Positions 52,101-60,847 of a DNA stretch of 64,000 bases are shown one piece after another (within the stretch, counting starts at the first letter, position 1; each line of letters begins with the position of its first letter). The notes beneath the pieces are model-generated. The model was not told where the DNA came from. It did not search any database and saw only the letters and a program-made list of their open reading frames with translations. This stretch comes from Antedon mediterranea (Eukaryota > Animalia > Echinodermata): the NCBI RefSeq assembly GCF_964355755.1, contig NC_092680.1, positions 9,672,001 to 9,736,000 of the forward strand, in the 5' to 3' direction. Position numbers and translations under genes: made by a program.

Positions 52101-52797
52101 CAGACATGTTATTACATTAGGTTAAACTACGTAACTACTGAAAAAAAGTCTTTCTGGTTTTTATGGCAGAATTTTGCCAAACTTTGTATTTGACTACATT
52201 AAGGAAAATTCATGTTTTTTCGTCTTGATTTCTGTTACAAATATTTGATTTATGTACAATTAATCAGATATTATATTTAAAATTCATGCCTGTACCTGAG
52301 CTTTAAGCTAAACTTTTATAATGTTCCTGTGTAGTACTTTTATTTTATACAAATTTTAATATTGAGAATATTTAAATATCTTTGTAATTCAGCTAAGGCT
52401 GCGATGATGATACTGAAATAAATGAAAAAAAAACATTGTCAATATCAATAAAATATGGATTGTAAAACACCTTTAAAAACTTGATAAATACCAAAAAAAA
52501 AGAATATGAATTTGGTCTAGGGCCTAGGCCTAAAGTGATACGTTTCGGCCCACAAAGTGGGATGTTTCGGCCCGAAAGTGGGGCGAATCGTCACACCATT
52601 GAGATAATATCTCTGGTCACACCAAAAGTGGGCCAAATAGTCCCCCGGGCCGAATCGTCCTGGAACCCCCCTAGCTAGGAAGCTAGGAATTATTTATAGT
52701 CAAGATATCAGATTTAACAAACCTCAATACATTTGTTCTTTAACACAAAAATACTGCCCGTATGTCCACTTAACGCCAAAAGAAGTTCATGATGCAT
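25118..52797 (-). CDS. TUBGCP4: Gamma-tubulin complex component 4 (15 coding exons, 660 aa)
   Basis: Exons sum to 1983 nt with consistent phases and GT-AG sites; MHHELLLALSG, ICHCVMYKQLTAWLLHG, LPSYIPARVADKILFVGE, IKDFYLLGRGELF, WRLRNNMAFLLDNLQYYLQVDVLESQF and LRLDFNKFYSQ match GCP4. Confidence 0.96.
25510..25649 (-). CDS. TUBGCP4: TUBGCP4 exon 14
   Basis: GFNRQSSLLFKILSGVRSHQTSPHLSQFMLRLDFNKFYSQSGGLLG. Confidence 0.93.
25810..26126 (-). mobile_element. MetaSINE-like SINE, near full length
   Basis: tRNA head with A box TGGCCGAGCGG and B box GGTTCGAG, then TCTTCTCGGATAAGGACTATAAACCGTAGGTCC...GCACTTTAAAGAACC resembling the Meta core. Confidence 0.75.
26390..26830. repeat. Unclassified repeat (inverted copy about 31540-32110)
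   Basis: TGCTTCCTTATATCAATACAAATCAATT and flanks occur reverse-complemented near 32050. Confidence 0.7.
27590..28010. repeat. Unclassified repeat with tRNA-like segment (inverted copy about 35750-36210)
   Basis: CCACTTTGGTGCAGATAGATTA versus TAATCTATCTGCACCAAAGTGG, with further shared blocks. Confidence 0.7.
28020..28996 (-). mobile_element. Penelope-like element 3' fragment (GIY-YIG endonuclease, Naiad-like), degenerate
   Basis: IPEGINKRLSNIS, WFNPPYSANVKTKIG, CNCR, KCLTSGVVYQATVT..YVGLTEN..RYN..HNSSFR..STTLSQYIWKLK; frameshifted. Confidence 0.82.
29310..31113 (+). repeat. 53-bp minisatellite (about 25 units) inside a family-A element (about 29000-31330)
   Basis: Unit TTACGCACTTAATTGTATTGCCATATGATTACAGTACGCATGCGTTATATGGG; interrupted at 29912-30362. 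Confidence 0.95.
29912..30362 (+). mobile_element. Probable solo LTR
   Basis: 451-bp insert beginning TGTTAC, 5-bp TSD TACGC (29907-29911 and 30363-30367), ATTAAA about 30 nt before the end. Confidence 0.6.
32782..32895 (-). CDS. TUBGCP4: TUBGCP4 exon 13
   Basis: VRHCLNEILDICHSFCTLL...ERIAQ. Confidence 0.92.
33025..33364. mobile_element. Tc1/mariner-type MITE with internal repeats
   Basis: TA|CAGTAGAACCTC ... TACTG|TA; internal repeats CCCTATTCAAGGGACAC. Confidence 0.55.
33399..33533 (-). CDS. TUBGCP4: TUBGCP4 exon 12
   Basis: VDVLESQFSGLIQKIQSTRDFEEVRFAHDQFLASLMAQSFLLMKP. Confidence 0.94.
33986..34163 (-). CDS. TUBGCP4: TUBGCP4 exon 11
   Basis: YNTVFKFLLNVKRVQLELQQCW...WRLRNNMAFLLDNLQYYLQ. 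Confidence 0.94.
34345..34960 (-). repeat. Family-A element, inverted copy
   Basis: Reverse complement of 1300-1835 and 29000-31330 with a single copy of the 53-bp core. Confidence 0.8.
35113..35658. mobile_element. Kolobok-type MITE
   Basis: TTAA|AGATGTATTGTCCCT ... AGGGACAATACATCT|TTAA; inverted partial copy at about 46130-46635. Confidence 0.8.
36367..36469 (-). CDS. TUBGCP4: TUBGCP4 exon 10
   Basis: TGWASLGMSFSVQWPLHILFTQSVLD. Confidence 0.92.
36681..36791 (-). CDS. TUBGCP4: TUBGCP4 exon 9
   Basis: DINSAFKQAAHKVLMEDE. Confidence 0.9.
37019..37269. mobile_element. Tc1/mariner-type MITE
   Basis: TA|TAGTTGAACC ... TTCAACTG|TA with internal GTAAGCGGCCAC repeats. Confidence 0.5.
37290..37446 (-). 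CDS. TUBGCP4: TUBGCP4 exon 8
   Basis: HLWTLVIEDSDLIGQLNTIKDFYLLGRGELF...PPTPTTEH. Confidence 0.93.
37744..37868 (-). CDS. TUBGCP4: TUBGCP4 exon 7
   Basis: GSILQSHEQEFSTDLYKLQQQSMFSLPAFEECIDKIRRCVAQ. Confidence 0.92.
38017..38185 (-). CDS. TUBGCP4: TUBGCP4 exon 6
   Basis: MLPSYIPARVADKILFVGEAVQMFENK. Confidence 0.9.
38223..38781. mobile_element. Kolobok-type MITE (second family)
   Basis: TTAA|AGCTCAGGTACAGGCA ... TGCCCGCACCTGGCCT|TTAA; inverted copy at about 51735-52302. Confidence 0.75.
39029..39221 (-). CDS. TUBGCP4: TUBGCP4 exon 5
   Basis: VAQICHCVMYKQLTAWLLHGMLLDKYDE...KQLQE. Confidence 0.9.
40029..41180 (-). pseudogene. DIRS tyrosine recombinase, frameshifted
   Basis: SRRESTLTVY..W, VRTISGYRSAI, LKTAFLLAVASCKRRGKLHAL, CPVRAIKIY, HQVHGVATSWAL (His in place of the HxxR Arg), STFTSFY. 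Confidence 0.85.
40908..42840 (-). pseudogene. DIRS pol (RT with core deleted, RNase H, methyltransferase-like domain)
   Basis: RPILNLRSLN, SIDLKDAYFHVPI, stop at 42187-42189, YQF then no LPFG/YxDD; TDASEIGWG, HINLLELWAV, SDNTTVVAY; DLFAS...YAFPP...WPRQPWFP. Confidence 0.87.
42925..43808 (-). pseudogene. DIRS ORF1 (gag-like), frameshifted and truncated
   Basis: N-terminal Cys/His cluster CIQC..DRHAKCINC..C....C followed by a Pro/Ser/Ala-rich region; lies upstream of pol. Confidence 0.7.
44665..44930. repeat. Long palindromic MITE-like segment
   Basis: GAGAGAGGGAGGGGGTTGGGGTGGATGGAGAGACACATATTTT pairs with AAAATATGTGTCTCTCCATCACCCCAACCACCTCCCCTCTCTC; core related to 62029-62185. Confidence 0.7.
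45290..46100 (-). mobile_element. Highly degenerate LINE (RTE-like) RT fragment
   Basis: Minus-strand remnants KHDKTDINHYRP and YQKAFDSI. Confidence 0.5.
48143..48333 (-). CDS. TUBGCP4: TUBGCP4 exon 4
   Basis: VLEDVHLPLSHI...HVHGCHLLEVLH...CGIPHVRDALL. Confidence 0.92.
48752..48858 (-). CDS. TUBGCP4: TUBGCP4 exon 3
   Basis: GLYIRALCVGLDTVLDNYRKVLLRLEQE. Confidence 0.92.
49031..49181 (-). CDS. TUBGCP4: TUBGCP4 exon 2
   Basis: VAPDLPFLHCCEVALLNRMCQLGTHYRQFQEFI... Confidence 0.92.
51735..52302. mobile_element. Kolobok-type MITE, inverted copy of 38223-38781
   Basis: Ends TGCCTGTACCTGAGCT|TTAA; long reverse-complement identity. Confidence 0.75.
52723..52797 (-). CDS. TUBGCP4: TUBGCP4 exon 1
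   Basis: MHHELLLALSGHTGSIFVLKNKCIE; GT donor. Confidence 0.92.
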
Positions 52798-53334
52798 TTT
52801 AAGTAGGCTTCCCCCTAGCCTAGGCCTATAGAAAATAATGTCAAAAAACTGTCGCTCCTCCTCCCCCGGGCCGGGGTGCGTGTCCACACACACAAATATG
52901 TACGACGTAGAGACCAAACTATACGATCTTTAAGATCAAACGACCGTCCGCTTGGCCACTACCAAAAAGCAAAGATTCTTCGCCGAAGATTCTTTAGGCT
53001 CTCTCGCTCTAGCTAGGCTAGGCCTATACAATCTTGACCAAAGACTAGTATCTGGTTCCCGCGCGCGAATTTTTTACCTTCGTTTCTATGGGCGGCCATT
53101 AGGACCATAATCTATATATAAATTTACGTAAGGGCAAAATTCGGTAAATCGCGCCTTACTTCTAGAATTTTTACTCGATGGTATATAAAGCTGATTTTAA
53201 CCACCTGATGTAACCCTGTTTACTATTTAAATTAAGTTAGATAATTAGTTATTGACGATTAAAACGAATTTAGGTTCAACGATTTGCTCCAAATAATAGG
53301 GACGTTTTCCGATCGTGGTTATACACTGTCTAAT

Positions 53335-54277
53335 GTATGGAACGCCGTTTGAGCAACATTTCGATGATATGAATTTTATGTCGCGATATGTGAATGAAAT
53401 GCATCGATATGAATTGAATGGCGCGATATATGAATGAAATTTTTTGAATTGAATGTTTTGAATCAAATGTTTTGAATGAAATGTTTTGAATGAAATGTTT
53501 TGAATAAAATGTTTTGAATGAAATGTTTTGAATGAAATGTTTTGAAGAAAATGTTTTGAATGAAATGTTTTGAATGAAATGAATAAAATGTTTTGAATGA
53601 AATGAATAAAATGTTTTGAATGAAATGTTTTGAATTGAATGAAATTTTTTGAATGAAATGTTTTGAAAGAAATGTTTGAATTGAATTGAAAAGTCAAACT
53701 ATTGGCGGCGTATGTCATTCCCGCTCACGGTTTTTCTCAACCTCTTTAAGCCAGGGTACCCTCATCTCCTTTCCACGCTGTCATCAATATGGATCCTTTA
53801 CAGAGAATCCTAATAGACCTGGGTTTGGAAATATGCAAATGAACGTAATGCATCCATAATGGCTGCCAGTAAACGTACGCCATTCCAAATAACTTGGCAT
53901 TATAGGCCTATATGGAAAGGAGAAGAAGGTAACCCGGCTTAAGAGATGGAGAAAAAAAATCGCGAGCGAGAATGACATACGCCGCAAATAGTTTGACTTT
54001 TCAATTCAATTTAAACATTTCATTCAAAACATTTCATTCAAAACATTTCATTCAAAACATTACGTTAAAAACATTTCATTCAAAATATTTCATTCAAAAC
54101 ATTTCATTCAAAACATTTCATTCAAAACATTTCATTCAAGACATTCATTTCAAAACATTTCATTCAAAACATTTTATTCACTAACATTTAACTCAAAGCA
54201 TTCAATTCAAAACATTTCATTTATATCTTGTCATAAATATCATATCATCGCAATGTTGCGTAAACGGCGTTCCATAC
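53335..54277. mobile_element. Foldback-like TIR element inside Helitron unit 1
   Basis: TIRs GTATGGAACGCCGTTT / AAACGGCGTTCCATAC; TSD TAAT (empty site CTGTCTAATGGATG in other units); arms of (GAATGAAATGTTTT)n and (AAAACATTTCATTC)n. Confidence 0.85.
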
Positions 54278-56694
54278 TAATGGATGTCCATCTTGAAAAA
54301 TACCCGCCACAAAAATGCGAGGAGGCTTCGCATTTTCCTATCTCCTCTTACGATAATTGTTTTTAATAGCTGAAAACCGATTGAACAGCTAGAGTACAGC
54401 ATCATAATGTTGAAGACAGGCCGATTTTCTTTAAAAAATACTATTTTGATAGATATAATATACGATTATACAAATGTATTGATTTGCGATGAATGAAACA
54501 TCCCAATCTCTCAGTCTGCCAGAGTTTGGTTTAACACAAGTATAGGTAAATTTATGAGCCCTTGGTTTAACACATACGGTAGGTAAATATATGGGCCCTT
54601 TGAGAATAAACTTGCAATACTTTGACAATACTGTAAATACATATTAACTATTTTTTGGTCCTCATTTGAATCGAACATTTCTTACTGTGAATGTTCGTAC
54701 TGTTAGGCCTAGATGTAATATAAAAATATATATACAAATAAACTTTATTCCTGAGATTGTGGATAGGCTCTACTATTAGATATATAAACACATTATTATA
54801 TACAAAATTATAAACTTTATACTGACAGTTCCTTAATTCTCAACGTTTGTATTAATTAATAATTACCAATAATTATAAACGTCGTAGTGGTGTATCGTGA
54901 CATGTTTCAATCGATTATGACAGTGACAGTTTTAACAAAGTATTAAATCGCAAATGTTTTACTGTATTTAGAGGTATATTATTTATAGGCCTATAAAACA
55001 TGAAAAAAAAATATTTCGTTACTGAGTGGATAAAGAATATATTTAAAAATTGTTCCTCTTTGTACCTATCCGCTTTCCCATCCCTCAACCCTAATGTTAC
55101 ATACAAAACACAAATTGGGTTTCTTTAAATGAATCCAAATTTTTGATTTTCGGAAGTAATTCCCAGGGTGCTAATTTTAGTTGACTACATAAATCATCGT
55201 GTCTATTTATTCGTTTCTGTAAACGACAATGTATTATAGTCCTGCGGTACGTATATTTGAAATCGCCAGTTTTGTTACGCTGAAATTACTGTGTATTCGA
55301 GAGAACCATCTGTGGGCACGACCTAGATGGTACGCGAGCGAAGCGAGCGTACCATCTAGTCTATATATAAATTTGCGTAAGGGCAAAATTCGGTATATCG
55401 CGCGTTATTTCTAGAATGTTTACTCGATGGTATATAAAGTTGGTTCGTACTTTCGGTACTGATTTTAACCACCTGATGTAACCCTGTTTGCTAATTAAAT
55501 TGAGTTCGATAATTAGTTATTGACGATTAAAACAAATTTAGGTTCAACGATTTGCCTCAAATAGGGGTGTTTTCCGATCGTGGTATACACTGTCTAATGG
55601 ATGTCCATCTTGAAAAATACCCGCAGACAATAATACGAGGATGCTTCGCATTTTCCTATCTCCTCCTACGATAATTGTTTTTAATGGCTGAAAACCGGTT
55701 GAACAGCTCGAGTACAGCATCATAATGTTGAAGACAGGCCGATTTTCTTTAAAAAATACTATTTTGATAGATTTAAATATACGTTTATACAAATGTATTG
55801 ATTTGCGATGAATGGAACATTCCAAATTATTTGGTTTAATAACCATGGATGCATACCTCCATGGTTTAACACAAGTCGGTAAATTTATGGGCCCTAATAA
55901 ACATAAATAGTATTGAAATGCTATACAATACTGTAAATATGTAACCACTTTTGATCGCCATTTGAATCGCAAGTTTCTTATTGTGAGTATTGGTACTGTT
56001 AGATAAATATAAACAAATATACAAATAAACTTTATTACTGTGAGTGTGGGTAGCCCCTACTTTTAGATTATAAACACATAATAATATAATACTTTATTAC
56101 TGACAGTTGCTTCTCAACGTTTGTATTAATTAATAATTACAAAAAATATAAACGTCGTAGTGGTGTATCGTTACATGTACTTTACTATTTCAATCGACTA
56201 TGACAGTGACAGTTTTAACAAAGTATTAAATCGCAAATGTTTTACTCTATTTAGTGGTATACTATTTATAGGCCTATAAAACATGAAAAAATGTTTCGTT
56301 ACTGAGTGGATAATAAAGAAATATAAAGAATAATTTAATATAAAGAATATATTAAAAAATTGTTCCTCTTTGTATCTATCCTCATCCCCAACCCTAAACC
56401 CTAATGTTAGATACAAAAAACACACAGGGTGCTAATTTTGGTTGACTACATAAATCATTGTGTCTATTTATTTGTTTCTGTAAACGACAATGTGTTATAG
56501 TCATGCGGTACGTACATTTGAAATCGCCAGTTTTTTTACGCTGAAATTAATATTCGAGAACCGGACCATCCGTGAGCGCGACCTAGATGGTACGCGAGCG
56601 AAGCGATCGTACTATCTAGTCTATATATAAATTTACGTAAGGGCAAAATTCGGTAAATCGCGCGTTATTTCTAGAATGTTTACTCGATGGTATA

Positions 56695-57320
56695 TTATTC
56701 ATTTATTTGATCAAAATCACATAAGACAAGTAAAAAGGTTCATGAATAAAAACAGTATAAAAAAACAACATATAAACAATCATAACAATATTTTAAAACA
56801 TCTAAAACAGTATAAAAAGACAAAGTTTAAAATATTTATAAAATATTTTTAAAAAACCATTAAAAAATCTTAAAAGAGATAAAAAGGGTGAGAAAAAGTA
56901 ATTTCGATCAGGATCGTCCTAGAAAACCAATAACTCAGGTTTATTTCCATTGGAGTCCTTGAGTTAAAAAAAAAAAGTTTTAAAAGAAGTTATAAATAAG
57001 TTTAGATGCTATGCCGTTTCGATGCGAGATTGTTTTTAACTAATTTTCTAAATACATTTACACTCTCATTACGTTTGATTGTACTTGGTAATTTGTTCCA
57101 TTCTTTAATTGCTGAAGCATAAAATGTGCCATCTATAACATTACAAGAGATTGGTGAAACAAAATTAAAATAACTGTGTCGGGTACCATGTGCATGTTGG
57201 TTCCCAGCCTTTATCAAATTAATTATTACCAAGATAAGATGCTACCTTTCTATACTGCATTTTGTGCAGTGTTTAATTTTATTTTGAGTCACCCTATCCT
57301 CAACACACAATAGACCACAA
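56695..57320 (-). mobile_element. 5'-truncated CR1/L2-group LINE 3' end inside Helitron unit 3
   Basis: ORF2 C-terminus HAHGTRHS..TFYASAIKEWNKLPSTIK..FRKLVK; 3' UTR AGGACTCCAATGGAAATAA; AATAAATGAATAA tail; absent from other units. Confidence 0.75.
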
Positions 57321-57920
57321 TAAAGTTGGTTAGAATCTCGGTACTGATTTTAACCACCTGATGTAACCCTGTTTACTAATTAAATTGAGTTAGATACTTA
57401 TTTATTGACAATTAAAACGAATTTAGAAACCGTTTGCCCCAAATAGGGGTGTTTTCCGATCGTGGTATACACTGTCTATAAAATGGATGTCCTCTTGAAA
57501 AATACCTGCACACAATAGTACGAGGATGCTTCGCATTTTCCTATCTCCTCCTACGATAATTGTTTTTAATAGTTGAAAACCGGTTAACCAGCTCAAGTAC
57601 AGTATCATAATGTTGAAGACAGGCCGATTTTCTGAAAAAAATACTATTTTGATAGATTTAATATACGTTTATACAAATGTATTGATTTGCAATGAATGGA
57701 ACATTCCAATCTCTCAGACACCCAGTTTGTAGGTAAATGTATGAGCCCTTGGTTTAACACAAATAGGTAAATTTATGGGCCCTTTGAGAATAAACTTAAA
57801 ACTGAGATAAAATTATTTACTAGTGTATACCATGCATTCTGAGTGTTGGGTTCTCTCAAACTAGTCTTTTTTTTCCTTTCCGATTTAATAGTAGGCCTAC
57901 AGTATAACAAATTAAAAAAA

Positions 57921-60847
57921 CTAGATGGCACGCTCGCTTCGCTCGCGTACCATCTAGGGGTGCTCACAGATGGTTCTCGAATACAGTAGAATAGAATAGA
58001 GACAACAAAACCAATACTGGATTCCATAAAGGACAATTAATTTATGTGGACTAAAGAAATTAGGGAGAAATGGAAATGTATGTACCGGGGAATTGGGCGG
58101 CACGTGGTGGTGGTGATGGAACCGCAGTAATAAAGTTGATTGTATTTATATATTATAAGAACCAAACTAAATAAATAGACCTAGACATTCTGCGAAATGG
58201 AAATCGGAAATTCAAGCTCCTATTCAGTGAAAAATTAAACTGTAGTCTACCTAAATATTTAGGGCAAATCATCGGTTGTGGTGGTTGAAATTCCTGTAAA
58301 CATTTGTGTGAACCAAACTGGGTCGAATTTCTGTCATGAGTACTGATTTGTTGGCCTGTGATTTATGACGCCTAAGGGATCTATCTAGACTTATTTTTTA
58401 GAATAATGTACGTACCTGTCAGATACAATTGTCTTGTGTCGTATAATAAATAAGTACTGTAATAGTTACTGAAGTTACTATTACAATCTCGTCAATGAAA
58501 ACACGAAAATGTATATGCACTTACTTATGAAAACGTATACAGTATTATACTCAGTTATTGAAACAGTAGGTTTAAAAAAGTTTCGTTTGTCTGTAAAATG
58601 ATGTAATCAAGCTGTTTACATGAGTCTTAATTTATAAGCACATCAATAATAAAATAGTTTATCTATCCTGTAATTGGCGAGATTATGGTCGCTGTTGAAT
58701 GAAACAAAGCCAATCGGTATCATATTTGTACAGAAACGTTTTCGCGGCCGAAGGGTGTAACCTAAATTCGTTGTATTATCGTCAAGAACTAACTGTAACT
58801 AAACTTACATAGAAAGTAGGGTATCATAAATTTGGCCTTAGCACTCGGGGGAGTGGCTAAGATGAAGTCCGTGGGACTACTAAATATAAATTGTAATGAA
58901 CCTCGAGGGACATAAATAGGAATATTTCATGTTTCATTATCAATGTATAATAAATGGAAACTGTTTACCGATTCAAATAATATAAATTGGTTTTTAACAT
59001 TTTCCGAACCTATTGCAAGTTTATTCTCAAAGGGCCCATATATTTACCTACCGTATGTGTTAAACCAAGGGCTCATAAATTTACCTACAGTACTTGTGTT
59101 AAACCAAACTCTGGCAGACTGAGAGATTGGGATGTTCCATTCATCGCAAATCAATACATTTGTATAATCGTATATTAAATCTATCAAAATAGTATTTTTT
59201 AAAAGAAATCGGCCTGTCTTCAACATTATGATGGTGTACTCTAGCTGTTCAACCGGTTTTCAGCTATTAAAAACAATTATCGTAGGAGGAGATAGAAAAA
59301 TGCGAAGCCTCCTCGCATTTTTTTGGCGGGTATTTTTCAAGACGGACATCCATTAGACAGTGTATACCACGATCGGAAAACACCCCTATTTGGGGCAAAT
59401 CGTTGAACCTAAATTCGTTTTAATCGTCAATAACTAATTATCTAACTCAATTTAATTAGTAAACAGGGTTACATCAGGCGGTTAAAATCAGTACCGAAAG
59501 TACGAACCAACTTTACATACCATCGAGTGAAAATTCTAGAAGTAAGGCGCGATTTACCGAATTTTGCCCTTACGTAAATTTATATATAGACTAGTTGGTA
59601 CGCTCGCTTCGCTCGCGTACCATCTAGGTCGTGACGCGCCCACAGATGGTTCTCGAATACACAGTAATTTCAGGGTAAAAAAACTGGCGATTTTAAATGC
59701 ACGTACCGCAGGACATAATACATTGTCGTTTACAGAAACGAATAAGTAAAATGATTTATTTAGTCAACCAAAATTAGCACCCTGGGAATTACTTCCAAAA
59801 GAGAAACTTACCACAAAATGAGTCCAAATTGTTTATTCATTTAAAGAAACCCAATTAGGGTTGAGGGATGGGAAAGAGGATAGGTACAAAGAGGAACAAT
59901 TTTTAAATATATTCTTTATCCACGTCAGTAACGAAATATTGTTTTCATTTTTATAGGCCTTTAAATAATATACCACGGTGACTAAATATAGTAAAACATT
60001 TGCGATTTAATACTTTGTTAAAACTGTCACTGTCATAGTCGATTGAAATAGTAAAGTACATGAAACGATACACCACTACGACGTTTATATTTTTTGTAAT
60101 TATTAATTAATGCAAACGTTGAGAAGCAATTGTCAGTAATAAAGTTTATTTGTATATCACGTGTTTATATATCTAACAGTAGAGCCTTCCCACAATCACA
60201 GTAATAAAGTTTATTTGTATATATTTTTTTACATCTAACAGTAAGAAATGTTCGATTCAAATGACGACCAAAAATGGTTAATAGGTATTTGCAGTACTGT
60301 ATTGTCAAAGTATTGCAAGTTTATTCTTCAAGGGCTCATAAATTTACCTACTTGTGTTAAACCAAACTGGCAGACTGAGAGATTGGAATGTTCCACTCAT
60401 CGCAAATTAATACATTTGTAAAAACGTAAATTAAATCTATCAAAATAGTATTTTTTTAAGAAAATCGGCCTGTCTTCAACATTATGATGCTGTACTCGAG
60501 CAATTCAACCGGTTTTCAGCTATTAAAAACAATTATCGTAGGAGGAGATAGGAAAATGCGAAGCGTCCTCGTATTATTGTGTGCGGGTATTTTTCAAGTT
60601 GGACATCCATTAGACAGTGTATACCACAATCGGAAAACACCCCTATTTGGGGCAAATCGTTGAACCTAAATTCGTTTTAATCGTCAATAACTAATTATCT
60701 AACTCAATTTAATTAGTAAACAGGGTTACATCAGGTGGTTAAAATCAGTACCGAAAGTAGGAACCAACTTTATATACCATCGAGTGAAAATTCTAGAAAT
60801 AAACCGCGATTTATCGAATTTTGCCCTTACGTAAATTTATATATAGA
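57921..60847 (-). mobile_element. Second Helitron array in opposite orientation (units 59591-60847 and 57921-59590)
   Basis: Minus-strand A|TC start at 60847, CTAG|TC junction at 59590/59591, CTAG|T end at 57921. Confidence 0.88.

Larger units (their letters stand above)
53111..57800 (+). mobile_element. Head-to-tail array of non-autonomous Helitrons (units 53111-55359, 55360-56619, 56620-about 57800 truncated)
   Basis: 5' A|TCTATATATAAA; 3' hairpin CTAGATGGTACGCGAGCGAAGCGAGCGTACCATCTAG; junctions CTAG|TCT; clean unit 1260 bp. Confidence 0.88.

Noticed and set aside
53245-54184. ORFs with FKTFHSKHFIQ repeats, and the TDRQ-repeat ORF at 1068-1259
   Set aside because: Translations of 14-bp and 4-bp tandem repeats.
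54431-59749. Recurring similar short ORFs (e.g. LKTIIVGGDRKMRSIL) as a gene family
   Set aside because: They recur because the non-coding Helitron unit is repeated; frames are not conserved and there are no Rep/helicase motifs.
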